From IMG/VR virus record IMGVR_UViG_3300028591_000081, positions 1-64,000 of that record: a stretch of DNA of 64,000 nucleotides, one strand, 5' to 3'. This DNA comes from a virus. Its lineage: Duplodnaviria; Caudoviricetes. This document shows, in pieces, positions 38,555 through 48,278 of this stretch (positions within the stretch are counted from its first letter, which is position 1; each line of letters starts with the position of its first letter). The position numbers and the translations under genes were made by a program. The notes under the pieces were generated by a model. It saw only the letters and a program-made list of their open reading frames with translations, searched no databases and was not told the DNA's origin.

Positions 38555-38566
38555 AAAGTAATGCCA

Positions 38567-39133
38567 TCAAAACGTAATGGTTTTGAGGTTCATGCCATTC
38601 GTATTCAGGTAATGGCAAATGTAAAGGAAAGCCTCGCAACAGTCGTGACAAGGTGGTCTTACTCTGTTAGTTTTTGAGACCACAGGCACTCCCCATCCAG
38701 CCGCCAAGAACTTCTCAAGAAGTTTCGTTGCGCGATTCACTGAATCCGTCTTCGTATAATCGCGCTTGGAATGAATAGTGCGCAACGTCGAGGGATTGTA
38801 AGTGTGTATCACCGAATCATGTAAACGCTCAAAAATCATGGAGTCCAAAGCATACAGAGCCGGGGACATCGAACTGGCTGGCAAAGGCTCTTCCATAATG
38901 ACTCCGACAGATCCAAAGGAACGAACCCAATCAGCCACGTCGTTCGCAAGAGCAAAGGCAGACTCAAATACGGCATGAAAGCCTCGCTTAACCTCTCCAT
39001 CCACCGAGGCTTTCCCAGTCATAGGATGTGAAAGGGTATGAAACACAACCCTCTTACTTCCATCCTGCAAGACAGCACACAGTCCAGTTCGCGAGTAAGA
39101 CGGGTCGATCCCTATGAGAGTGTACGGCAACAT
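38567..39133 (-). CDS. RuvC-like Holliday junction resolvase
   Basis: IGIDPS..RTG, IMEEP, K, HD..EA. Confidence 0.8.
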   Translation of the reverse strand: MLPYTLIGIDPSYSRTGLCAVLQDGSKRVVFHTLSHPMTGKASVDGEVKRGFHAVFESAFALANDVADWVRSFGSVGVIMEEPLPASSMSPALYALDSMIFERLHDSVIHTYNPSTLRTIHSKRDYTKTDSVNRATKLLEKFLAAGWGVPVVSKTNRVRPPCHDCCEAFLYICHYLNTNGMNLKTITF

Positions 39134-39396
39134 CAGTCCTCCGATCCATCACAGTCGGAAAGATGCTCAGGAAGGATAATCACAGTACTAATCCCCTCAT
39201 TGTCGAACGAGATCATGGACATGTTCTCAACGCGCATACCAGACAGTACCTGCTGTAAAGACAGAGATTCATTATACGAGCGAACCCACACCATGTCCTT
39301 GCCATCCCCAACTACCTGCACGGAACCGGGATAAACATAGCTCGGAATAAAATCCGTGGAATCCTCGATGTACTGCAACACTTCTGACTTTTTCAT
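39133..39396 (-). CDS. Hypothetical protein
   Basis: 87-aa ORF with RBS GGAG. Confidence 0.55.
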   Translation of the reverse strand: MKKSEVLQYIEDSTDFIPSYVYPGSVQVVGDGKDMVWVRSYNESLSLQQVLSGMRVENMSMISFDNEGISTVIILPEHLSDCDGSED

Positions 39397-39399
39397 AAA

Positions 39400-39671
39400 C
39401 ACTCCAAATGATTACAGGCCGAAATACGAGATGAGCTTTTTCAAAAGCCTCACTGAATAAGACGCCAATCGCCTCCACCGTTTCCAAGTCCGTTATTCCA
39501 AGACGTTCCACGGGAAGTCCGTTCGGACACACGATAACATTTATCGCGGAATGAGGCCAGCGGGTTTCTCTTGGTGTCGGAGTACACATGATGTATGACG
39601 AGGGCCGTCGGATTGCTACTGCGATCAGGTAGAGGATCGAAGCACCCATAATACTTTTTGCTGATGTCCAT
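39400..39671 (-). pseudogene. Possible remnant of an N-acetylmuramoyl-L-alanine amidase
   Basis: PTALVIHH in one frame, then PHSAINVIVCPNG in another; central part of the domain is missing. Confidence 0.35.
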
Positions 39672-39707
39672 AACGATAACTCCCGTCACGGTGTAATGTT
39701 CAGTACA

Positions 39708-39747
39708 AAAAGAACTACCCTTGACAAGGGCCAAGGGTAGTTCTTTT
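39708..39747. terminator. Intrinsic terminator after SSB
   Basis: AAAAGAACTACCCTTG...CAAGGGTAGTTCTTTT. Confidence 0.8.
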
Positions 39748-39792
39748 ACTGTTTAGATTTGGGAGCCTTCGTGAAAACCTTACGGTCACGCT

Positions 39793-40539
39793 TTAGAGCG
39801 AAAACTCATCCTGAAGAGCCTTCACATTCACGGCGTCACTACCGATAGAAGGTGCTCTCGGAGTGGCAGGAACGGAACTTCCAGCCGTTTGAGGATTCTT
39901 GAGGAAGTCCTCAAACTTGTTGACATCGAACTTGCTACCGATTGCATCCCACAGATGCGAGATGTTCTCCTTCAGAGTTCGCTGTACATACTCAAAGACT
40001 TCAGGAACCTGCTTGTACAGGCAGTTGCCTACCGGGGACATGCTCTCCAGTCCACCGGCAAATTCCCCGGACGTGGCCACAAGAGACCAGTCTTGAGAAA
40101 TACCGGCAGGGCTTGCAAAGGAATCAGCCATTCGTTTGTTGTACGTGGAGGCATGAATCGACAACACCTTCACCTTGACAGACTGAATCGAGACTTCCTT
40201 CAGAGAAGCACGAACAGGGTCGGCCACCAAGTACTCCACAACAGGGAACAGAACACGGGAAGAGTCCTGAACATCGGGAACCGATTTCAGACGCTTGCAA
40301 CACTCACCGCCATCGCACAGCACGTTGCCAAAGTTTTTAACATAATGCTGTTTGAAGGCAAAGCCACCGTTCATAAGGAACGCCACACGAACCTTACGAG
40401 AGGGGTCCAGTTTCAGACGCTCAATTTTGAACGTCTCCATAACCGCGCCACCCACCACAGGTGCTATGGCAAACCCGGCATCCTTGAGAGCCGCAGTAAA
40501 GTCGATGTTCAAACCTTCCAAAGTCGCTAATTCTGACAT
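39793..40539 (-). CDS. Probable single-stranded DNA-binding protein (gp32-like)
   Basis: H...C....CC cluster, RVLFPVVEY, flexible tail ending acidic-aromatic QDEFSL; replication and recombination context. Confidence 0.55.
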   Translation of the reverse strand: MSELATLEGLNIDFTAALKDAGFAIAPVVGGAVMETFKIERLKLDPSRKVRVAFLMNGGFAFKQHYVKNFGNVLCDGGECCKRLKSVPDVQDSSRVLFPVVEYLVADPVRASLKEVSIQSVKVKVLSIHASTYNKRMADSFASPAGISQDWSLVATSGEFAGGLESMSPVGNCLYKQVPEVFEYVQRTLKENISHLWDAIGSKFDVNKFEDFLKNPQTAGSSVPATPRAPSIGSDAVNVKALQDEFSL

Positions 40540-40630
40540 AATTTTCCTCACAGTAAAAGAAGAGAAAAGAAAGTAAAAGAAAAGAGCACGCATGTCTGGG
40601 CGGTACCGTTCCCAAACACCCGATGAGCAG

Positions 40631-40672
40631 ACTATAACACAGAAAATAAAAAATGGGTATCTCAGCACCATA
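40631..40672 (-). promoter_or_regulatory. Box promoter (before SSB)
   Basis: TATGGTGCTGAG-N19-TGTGTTATAGT. Confidence 0.8.
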
Positions 40673-40723
40673 AATTTCGAAGGGACTGGATACCCATGAT
40701 TCTACAAGCCAAGAACGGAAAGT

Positions 40724-41029
40724 TTACTTTGCCGGAGCTTCAGACGGTTTGGCATCGTCTGCTTTTGGAGCTTCAGTCGGGTTCCCTGAATCATCGGCTT
40801 TAGCTTCATCCGCAGGTTTGTTATCCGAAGGCTTTACCGCGTCTCCATCTTTTGCTCCATCAGACGGCTTGGATTCGTCCGCCGGGCTGGCTTCTCCAGC
40901 TTTCGGAGCTTCCTGTGCTTCAGCAGGTTTTGCCTCATCCGACGTAGAAGCAGGATCAGCGACGACACCTTTGTTGACACACGAACACATAAGAACTGCC
41001 AGTAAAGAAAAGAACGCCAACTTGCGCAT
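40724..41029 (-). CDS. Low-complexity lipoprotein
   Basis: Signal peptide II MRKLAFFSLLAVLMCS-C followed by A/D/E/K/P repeats. Confidence 0.7.
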   Translation of the reverse strand: MRKLAFFSLLAVLMCSCVNKGVVADPASTSDEAKPAEAQEAPKAGEASPADESKPSDGAKDGDAVKPSDNKPADEAKADDSGNPTEAPKADDAKPSEAPAK

Positions 41030-41201
41030 AGTATCACCTTTTCGTAAAAGACCGAAACACCACGCTCGGTCTGAGTAAAGTCTCCCCCGATGCCTTGGTT
41101 GGATATAGACCAAAGGTCTGAAACTTGTCCGTGTCTATTCGACGTGGTATCCAACCCACGTCAGGGGGCACCAACTTGGGGCAAAATGGAGTAAAACCAT
41201 T

Positions 41202-41798
41202 ATGAACACTAAACAGATAAAGTCCTCCCTTACCACGCTGTGCATGACACTGGTAATTTTGTGCGGTCTTACAAAGGACTGTTTCGCAGACTCGTTTACC
41301 ACCTACATGGAACGGTGTGAACCGTACCGAGAAACCATAGAACGTATCCTTACAGAAGAGGGAGTTCCAGTCGAGTACTTTGCGCTTCTACTTGCGGAAA
41401 GTGGATGTGACCTGAACAATCAGTCGGAACGAGGGGCAAAGGGAGCGTGGCAACTCATGGGACCGACCGCACGCACTTATGGCGTCAAAGATCCGTATGA
41501 TCTGGAGCAGTCAACGAGAGGCGCGGCCAGATACCTGAAATCCCTCATCGACCGTTTTCACGATATGCGCTGGGTCATCGCCGCCTATAATGCTGGAGGA
41601 ACGAACCTAAAGCGCGTCACCGGATACCCGAATGCAGAATTCTCGTATGTGAGAAAGGTTCGCCCGGAAGCCTACTACTTGTCCATCAAGGTTCAGAACT
41701 TCGTGACCAGAATCAAAGAGTACGACAGAGAGAACGCTGGCAAACAAAAAGCCTCCGATACAGCAAAACTCACAAACACCGTAGAAGATCGCGTGTAG
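41202..41798 (+). CDS. Lytic transglycosylase (SLT) with N-terminal signal/SAR-like helix
   Basis: LAESG catalytic Glu, GAWQLM, AAYNAG. Confidence 0.9.
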   Translation: MNTKQIKSSLTTLCMTLVILCGLTKDCFADSFTTYMERCEPYRETIERILTEEGVPVEYFALLLAESGCDLNNQSERGAKGAWQLMGPTARTYGVKDPYDLEQSTRGAARYLKSLIDRFHDMRWVIAAYNAGGTNLKRVTGYPNAEFSYVRKVRPEAYYLSIKVQNFVTRIKEYDRENAGKQKASDTAKLTNTVEDRV

Positions 41799-41805
41799 TC
41801 AACGT

Positions 41806-42168
41806 ATGAAACCTTCCGAAAGTCCGCTAGACTGCAAAGAGACACAGGCAGTGGCCTGTGACATAATCCGGTACATGTTTGCCTATGCATCACTACACAA
41901 AGGACTTTCTGGAGATGACCTTGAAGGATTCTCCGAGAACATAAAGTCTTGGTACACCGCACCAAGACTTTACAAGACACCATCCATCGTTACCGTTCAT
42001 GCAAAGTACCTAGGGTGGTTTTCCTTCAAAGACGAGAAGGAAAAACAAGAGCTGGTTCAATGGGCAAGAGAACGCGCCACACAATATCACAATATAGCAA
42101 AGACGTATGGCATCGACCCCATGTCTTACACAGTAATAAAGATTTGGAAAGATACCCGGAAATGGTAA
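41806..42168 (+). CDS. Hypothetical protein
   Basis: 120-aa ORF following the SLT. Confidence 0.55.
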   Translation: MKPSESPLDCKETQAVACDIIRYMFAYASLHKGLSGDDLEGFSENIKSWYTAPRLYKTPSIVTVHAKYLGWFSFKDEKEKQELVQWARERATQYHNIAKTYGIDPMSYTVIKIWKDTRKW

Positions 42169-42185
42169 CAGAGAGGTAATTGGTT

Positions 42186-42443
42186 ATGAGAGAACGAAAC
42201 ATCAAAAAGTGGACTGCGGAAGACCTCAACAAGGAACTTCATGTACAAACCCTCGGCCCGGTCGAGAACTTTCTCGCCAAGGAAGGATATTCCGCTGAAG
42301 ACCTGATGCGTCCCATCGGCGACGAACAATCTGGTCAGGTGATTACCGAATCCGTGAAACATGCTGAAATCCGCATGAAGCATGTTATCAAACAGAGTGT
42401 GATGGAAAAGAAACCCCCGAGAAGAAGATCGCGATCCAAGTAA
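42186..42443 (+). CDS. Hypothetical protein
   Basis: ORF with RBS GAGGT, ends at the bidirectional terminator. Confidence 0.55.
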   Translation: MRERNIKKWTAEDLNKELHVQTLGPVENFLAKEGYSAEDLMRPIGDEQSGQVITESVKHAEIRMKHVIKQSVMEKKPPRRRSRSK

Positions 42444-42478
42444 GAAAAAGGCCAGTCGAAATGACTGGCCTTTTTCTT
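42442..42478. terminator. Bidirectional terminator between convergent genes
   Basis: AAGAAAAAGGCCAGTC-GAAAT-GACTGGCCTTTTTCTT. Confidence 0.85.
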
Positions 42479-43794
42479 TATGCTTCCCCGATAGAGTTGC
42501 CTTGCTTCACGAGGCGAATACCTCCGAGACGTTCCACCAAATCCGTGTAGTACACGTTGTTCTTGCTTATGTACGACTTCACAGCATCCTTCCCACGGAA
42601 CTGCACCTCCACACCATCAATACCCTCAAGCGTGTAGAAAGAACCTCTCTGCTTGATCCTGTCATTGTTCTCCAAGGCATCGTACAAAGCCGAGGCGTTG
42701 GATACACCACGTCCAAAAACAATCGTAATAACCTTCGGCACCCCGGAAGCACAGAAACGATTCTTCTTTGTCTTGATGATACACTCACTGCCATACTCGA
42801 TAGGCTCCGCGTAACCCTTGACGGTACGCTTCAGCTTTGACTTGGGCTTCATCTCGATGATGATGTCCATGTAATGCTTTTGGGCCTCACCTCCGGCGGC
42901 ACTGTCCTGCGCACCGTACTGCGTGAACTGCTTTCGGTTCTGCGCGATGAAAAAGATGGTTTTGTCCGTACCGGTAAACAGAGAGCGGAATCGTCGAAGG
43001 AAGTTCGATGTGTACCTAGCATGAATAGCCATTGTCTGGCTCTCGCTGGCAGTCTTGTCGATCATGCTCTGCGGGGACACCGCCGTCAAGGAGTCGATAA
43101 AAATGAAATTCAGAGAAGGGTCGTTCAGCGTCTCCACAAGAAAATCATCCACCTTCTCAAAGGTATCGTAGGTCGTGATCGGTAGAAACATCTTGTTTGT
43201 AACGTAACGAGTCAGACCAAAGCTGTCGATCTGTTTCTGGTTAAGGCCCCGTTCCGAGTCGATGTACGCACAACGGTATCCCTGCTTACACAGATTTTTC
43301 GCAACGAACAGAAGCATGGAGGATTTGCCGGTATAAGCTGGTGCCGTCACCTCAATAAAAGTACCCATAGGGATTCCGTCCCCATTCGACAGAACAGCAT
43401 CAAGAATAAAACTACCTGAAGAGACATACTTTTCCGGACGCAAGGCTTCCTGCATGAGCTTGTCATACAGCTTCTGATTCGCCTGAGGCAGACTCTGGAA
43501 CGCATCCAAAGCTCTTTTATCCTCGTCACTCCAAGGCTGGTTCTCTTCCACCACTACATCCGATCCCGCGTCTTCGTCAGTAGTAATTTTCACTTCAACC
43601 TGATTGTTCTCATCATCTGTCTCGGTCAATGTCTCTTCAACTACCGGCTCTCCGATATCTTCAAGACGTTGAGTATCCTCCGTTACTTTAGCTGGAGTCT
43701 CTTTTGTTTTGGTTTCAGCCGACTTCACGGTGCCACGCTTGGCCGTTGTTTTTGTGGACTTGTTCTCAGAACCTTCGACACGTTTTTTAGGCAT
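42478..43794 (-). CDS. recA: RecA/UvsX-like recombinase with acidic N-terminal extension
   Basis: SSGSFILD, Walker A APAYTGKS, YIDSE, FIDSL, IAQNR, GGEA.KHY, KNR. Confidence 0.85.
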   Translation of the reverse strand: MPKKRVEGSENKSTKTTAKRGTVKSAETKTKETPAKVTEDTQRLEDIGEPVVEETLTETDDENNQVEVKITTDEDAGSDVVVEENQPWSDEDKRALDAFQSLPQANQKLYDKLMQEALRPEKYVSSGSFILDAVLSNGDGIPMGTFIEVTAPAYTGKSSMLLFVAKNLCKQGYRCAYIDSERGLNQKQIDSFGLTRYVTNKMFLPITTYDTFEKVDDFLVETLNDPSLNFIFIDSLTAVSPQSMIDKTASESQTMAIHARYTSNFLRRFRSLFTGTDKTIFFIAQNRKQFTQYGAQDSAAGGEAQKHYMDIIIEMKPKSKLKRTVKGYAEPIEYGSECIIKTKKNRFCASGVPKVITIVFGRGVSNASALYDALENNDRIKQRGSFYTLEGIDGVEVQFRGKDAVKSYISKNNVYYTDLVERLGGIRLVKQGNSIGEA

Positions 43795-43853
43795 AGCTCT
43801 CTCCAAAGAAATGCAGTTCCCCAACTCCATAAAACCAAGAAGTTGGACAGGAA

Positions 43854-43895
43854 ATCATAACACGAAAATACCAGAAGAAACGGATCAGCACCATT
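43854..43895 (-). promoter_or_regulatory. Box promoter (before recA)
   Basis: AATGGTGCTGAT-N19-CGTGTTATGAT. Confidence 0.75.
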
Positions 43896-43923
43896 AAAAA
43901 ATCCCGCTACTTGGCGGGATTTT
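43896..43923. terminator. Intrinsic terminator
   Basis: AAAAATCCCGC...GCGGGATTTT. Confidence 0.75.
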
Positions 43924-43925
43924 GA

Positions 43926-44666
43926 TCATAAACAAATCTGACAAGGAATGGTCATGGTCTCGCGCATGGATTTGATCTGTGCCCACAAACCACGTGCGGC
44001 ATCAAGTATCTGTTCAGGAGTTCTGTCCTCATCCCAATCCAGCGTAATAACATGACTGAATCGAGATAGGTTCGAGGTAAGTTCATGGTACTCTGCAATC
44101 AGGTCAGACATGTAGGAAACAGGAATCGAGCTTTCACATGAACGGCCAGCCTTCTCACTCATGCGTTTATTCAGTCGAATGATGGCTTTCTCAGGGGAAA
44201 CGTGAAGATACACAAACACCTGAGGATACATGATCTCTCTGGACATGTTATGGAAAAGCTCAAAGTAGCAGTCGGCCTCTGCTTTCGTCAAATCCCCAGA
44301 CTTCTCCAACTTGTTGACAAATATACTGTCCGACCAGATGGAGCTGTCGGCAACAGAGTTCTCACCGGACATTGCCAGTGACTGGGCAAGACGTGTTTGC
44401 TCCAGCCTCTTGTTCAGAAGATAAATCTGAATGGTAAAGGCCCAGCGCGGAATATCTTTGTAGTACAGAGCAAGAAAGGGGTTGCGATCCCCTTCGTCAT
44501 CCTCAGTGGCCGGTTCGAACATCGTTCTGCACGCCTTATGCGTGTCTTCCTCAATGACTCTGGCAAGGGCCTTACAAAACGAAGTCTTGCCAGCCGAGAT
44601 ACATCCAATAACGGGAATGTGGATGCCGGAAGGATAAGCCACAGAACGAAAATTGGAAATGGTCAT
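43926..44666 (-). CDS. Deoxynucleoside kinase
   Basis: GCISAGKTS, FEP, L..YY.D..RWAF..Q, VYL.VSPE....R. Confidence 0.85.
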   Translation of the reverse strand: MTISNFRSVAYPSGIHIPVIGCISAGKTSFCKALARVIEEDTHKACRTMFEPATEDDEGDRNPFLALYYKDIPRWAFTIQIYLLNKRLEQTRLAQSLAMSGENSVADSSIWSDSIFVNKLEKSGDLTKAEADCYFELFHNMSREIMYPQVFVYLHVSPEKAIIRLNKRMSEKAGRSCESSIPVSYMSDLIAEYHELTSNLSRFSHVITLDWDEDRTPEQILDAARGLWAQIKSMRETMTIPCQICL

Positions 44667-44774
44667 AAACAACTCCTGTATGATGGTGTAGACAGACTTG
44701 TACCCGAAACCAATATCCCAAAACGCGAGTACAAATCCATTGACAAGAAGCCTAGCCAAAAAGTTTGATTCACA

Positions 44775-45881
44775 TTACACGGGAAGACCGTAGTTCTCTC
44801 CAGACTTCTGAGCCACCCACCAAGCAAATTCTTCAACAGTTGTGTCATCACGCAACCACTTGTCCAGCTTTGAAGATTCAATCATAGCGCACAATACTTC
44901 TCCCCAAAGTTCAGGAGTGTATCCACACACAGGACAAATTTTTGACTCCCCGTTACTCTTTTCACACTCGTACCTGTCCACTACGGATACACATGAGGAC
45001 AGAACACGATAAGCCATGCGCACATCACGGAACCCACATTCTTCACAAAGATCGTCGAAGTCCATACCGTACATCTTTGCCCTCATATAGCATTCCCGTA
45101 GTGTGCTTGCATTTTCTGACGACACGTTCAGTTCAGAAGTGAGACGCGCCGTAACACGTCTGGATGCCATGTTCGTAAGCCACCGTTTGAGATCTTTGTA
45201 AGCATCACTTCGGAAACAGTTACGCATCCATTTCGTGTTCAGAAGTTGTTCAGCACGGTATCGCCCATCTCTCAGGATACCGAGCTGTTTCTTACATGTG
45301 GTCTCCGTATAGGCTACGATCTTCTCTCGCATTGCGATATTTGAAAGACGGCCAAGGGCTTCAGCCTCTCTCCGGGAAGAAATCTCTGCCTTCTTGCGAT
45401 TGAGGATTTCAAGACCGGCCTGAAAGTCAGCATTGTCTTTCTCGTGTGCTTCCTTCTCTGCGACGAGAGCCTTTTGTGCGGCCTCTCGCGCTTCTTCCGA
45501 GGCTACCAAAGCCTTCAAGGCTTCAAGGTATGTTTTTGGTAGTGCCGTATAACCCCCAGTCTTTCGGATAGAAGGGATGATCTCGTCAGCAACTTTTGCC
45601 TGAAAAGCCTCAGCAACGGAGTTCTTCGCTTTCATGCAGAGACGGTAAAAAATGTTCTCGGGAATATAGTAATCATGCGGGTTTCCGTTTTCCACACTAA
45701 TGTGGAAAGACAAATCAGCAAGGTATTGCTCGACTCTATCCCACATAACGTACATTGCGCCGTTCTTTTCTCGTTCAAAACCAAGCCCCCGGGCCACGTC
45801 TTCGATGTGCAGGAACGCAACACCGCCCTGCTCATAGCCACGGACACCACAAATCGTAAGAACTGCCAAATTTGCACTCAC
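44775..45881 (-). CDS. BRO-N domain antirepressor-like protein
   Basis: EDVARGLGF, IPENIFYRL, AEAFQ....DEIIPSIRKTGGY, LPKTYLEALKAL. Confidence 0.8.
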   Translation of the reverse strand: MSANLAVLTICGVRGYEQGGVAFLHIEDVARGLGFEREKNGAMYVMWDRVEQYLADLSFHISVENGNPHDYYIPENIFYRLCMKAKNSVAEAFQAKVADEIIPSIRKTGGYTALPKTYLEALKALVASEEAREAAQKALVAEKEAHEKDNADFQAGLEILNRKKAEISSRREAEALGRLSNIAMREKIVAYTETTCKKQLGILRDGRYRAEQLLNTKWMRNCFRSDAYKDLKRWLTNMASRRVTARLTSELNVSSENASTLRECYMRAKMYGMDFDDLCEECGFRDVRMAYRVLSSCVSVVDRYECEKSNGESKICPVCGYTPELWGEVLCAMIESSKLDKWLRDDTTVEEFAWWVAQKSGENYGLPV

Positions 45882-45894
45882 TTTACTCTCCTTT

Positions 45895-46485
45895 TCAATC
45901 CCACAAATCTAGGTAATGTTTGGACATCAGAGAGAATCCCTCATCACGAATCTTCTGATTCTGCTCACGTTCCTCAGGCGATGAATCGTAACTGGACATC
46001 TCTACCAAAGAAATATAAAACGCTTCTCGAATCTTCACAAGCGTTTCCTTCCACTCATCCTCAGTCATACTTGGAGCAAAGGAAACCCCTTTCTCTATCC
46101 ATTCCGTCAGAGCCGGTATTGCAAATTGGGCCAGCGTTACACCAAACTCCCAACACGCCGACGGAGTGGGCTTCCCAGACAACATGTCGAACACATAGTC
46201 CATAGGGTACCACAAATCCAGTTTACGGGCCGGGACAGGGTTACTATATCCAAACGGAACCCACAAACCGAAGGTGCATTCCAAATCATGGGTACGAACA
46301 TACTCAGACAGATCTGGGTCTTCCTCCGGATTACGGCAATAGGAACAAATGCAGGTAAGACCGTCTTCCATGCGAACCATGAACTTACCTGCGTATGGAT
46401 TCTTTTCAGAGGAGTCCACAGTACTCGACCGGACTGAAGGGTAGATGCGGGAGATCTCGTTCCAACGAAAAGATTCAAACGACAT
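45895..46485 (-). CDS. Hypothetical protein
   Basis: 196-aa ORF ending GF.LM.KHY.DLWD. Confidence 0.6.
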   Translation of the reverse strand: MSFESFRWNEISRIYPSVRSSTVDSSEKNPYAGKFMVRMEDGLTCICSYCRNPEEDPDLSEYVRTHDLECTFGLWVPFGYSNPVPARKLDLWYPMDYVFDMLSGKPTPSACWEFGVTLAQFAIPALTEWIEKGVSFAPSMTEDEWKETLVKIREAFYISLVEMSSYDSSPEEREQNQKIRDEGFSLMSKHYLDLWD

Positions 46486-46499
46486 AACAGACCCCAGAC

Positions 46500-47987
46500 T
46501 TACAGAGCGCGGAAATATGCCGTGAGGAAACTCAGGTCAGACGATTCGAAATCCCGAGCATTCAACAGACTCACGATCACCGTGACGAATACGTTGAATC
46601 GTATAGGCATCGACATGTCCTGCCCGTACAGAAGGTCGCCCAACTGAAGAACCCCAACGCAGGGCACATCCACACCCTCAATGTCATCCTCAATATCGTG
46701 ATACCCATCCATGTCTTCAACAGGGAAGAACTCCAAGCCACAAACAGGAAGTGTATTGAGAACAAGCTCAAAACCTTCCTGCAACTGCTCCTGTGTGGCA
46801 ATGTCGGACAGAAACTCCCGTACTCCGTGGCTGGCATAGAACGAGTACACGCCGCGATTCGTAAATACCGTATAATCAAAGATGCCAGAATCCTCCTTCT
46901 CATCACATTCCAGAGGGCGATAAGAACAACCCAACACTATGCCGTCAAAGGTGTAATGAGGCATCTCTGTGATCACATGTTTTTGTTCACGTACAGTGAA
47001 CGTTACATCATGTTTATCTGGGTCTAAGTTCACGTACTGAGGCTTGCTAGATTCTTCGATGAACGGAATGTCTTTCATACCCATGCAGATCAGGTTCGGA
47101 GTCCTGCTTCTGTCGGGCTGGTCTGATCTGTCCGAAAGTAAGTCGCTGACGGTAGGACAGGTACAGTGCATAAACAGCCCAGCAGGGTCCTCGTCAGAAT
47201 CCGGAGAAGGTCGTGAAGCATCATCGTCTGGGGATTCGTCAGGATACTCCTGTACGGGATCTTCGTCATCAAAGGCATTTTCATCGGGATCGTCTTCAAC
47301 ACCGTGTCTATGAAGCATGAGGTAATCTGCATCAGAGTCTCCGGAGCTGTCCGGATCATTCGAGGCGTCCTCACACTTGGACACAACGTCAAATGCTTTC
47401 ATGGAATCCTTGAGAACCGCCTTCGAGAACCCAGCACCTGCACCCCTTGATTCATTCGCTTTGCGAGCATTCTTCCTGAACCACTCATCGGACTCCAAAG
47501 CCTGTCTCTGTTCTTCGGTCATCGAAGCGATCCTAAGAGGCTTGTTGTCAGGTTCAGTCATCTCGGACACACCAGAAGGAACACACACTTCTTCAGGCTC
47601 TGAGGACATGTCTACAACTGGGTCTTCCGACGTATCCGATACCCTTTCCTTACGAGACTTCATAGAGTTCATCCTCGGTTTCTTGCGAGGAGGTTCCACG
47701 TCTTCGACAGTAAGGTACTCTGAAGGGAGCTTTGCCAGCCGAAAAGGTTTTTCCTCAGGAACCTCAGGATGTACTGCTTCGGTACTCGACGGAACCTCAC
47801 ATACGGTGTCGCTTTCCATCACCGCCGTTTCCGTAGACTCGCTTAACTGAATCGGAACATCAGACACAGGGGCATCAGGTGCATCCGAAGATTCAACCAC
47901 CTCCGACACGACCTCTGAAGCTACACTATCCACGACCTCTGATTCAGGAATGACTTCAACTTTTTCCACGCGCTTTTTTCTCGCCAT
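46500..47987 (-). CDS. Acidic, largely disordered hypothetical protein
   Basis: D/E/S/P-rich N-terminal two thirds; start MARKKRVE with RBS GAGGTG. Confidence 0.65.
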   Translation of the reverse strand: MARKKRVEKVEVIPESEVVDSVASEVVSEVVESSDAPDAPVSDVPIQLSESTETAVMESDTVCEVPSSTEAVHPEVPEEKPFRLAKLPSEYLTVEDVEPPRKKPRMNSMKSRKERVSDTSEDPVVDMSSEPEEVCVPSGVSEMTEPDNKPLRIASMTEEQRQALESDEWFRKNARKANESRGAGAGFSKAVLKDSMKAFDVVSKCEDASNDPDSSGDSDADYLMLHRHGVEDDPDENAFDDEDPVQEYPDESPDDDASRPSPDSDEDPAGLFMHCTCPTVSDLLSDRSDQPDRSRTPNLICMGMKDIPFIEESSKPQYVNLDPDKHDVTFTVREQKHVITEMPHYTFDGIVLGCSYRPLECDEKEDSGIFDYTVFTNRGVYSFYASHGVREFLSDIATQEQLQEGFELVLNTLPVCGLEFFPVEDMDGYHDIEDDIEGVDVPCVGVLQLGDLLYGQDMSMPIRFNVFVTVIVSLLNARDFESSDLSFLTAYFRAL

Positions 47988-48043
47988 AACACCTCTCCAA
48001 AAATCACAGAATAAGTCCGACAGGACAAGACCACACGTACACC

Positions 48044-48086
48044 ATGATAGCACGCCAAAGGACACACCAAGTCTTTCAGCACCACA
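48044..48086 (-). promoter_or_regulatory. Box promoter
   Basis: TGTGGTGCTGAA-N20-CGTGCTATCAT. Confidence 0.75.
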
Positions 48087-48162
48087 GAAAAATCCTTTGC
48101 AAAGAGTTTGAATTGGCATTACAAGGCAACTCGGTCATGGCACAACTCCTAAAAGGCATGTC

Positions 48163-48200
48163 AAGAAAAGCCCCGTGAGAAATCATGGGGCTTTTCTTTT
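48163..48200. terminator. Terminator-like hairpin at the left edge of the non-coding region
   Basis: AAGAAAAGCCCC...GGGGCTTTTCTT. Confidence 0.7.
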
Positions 48201-48278
48201 ACCCCAGCCCGCCGAAAGAACACAACCAAAAGTTGCACCATTCTCGAACCTTAGGCAAATAGTGGAGAAAACAGAACA

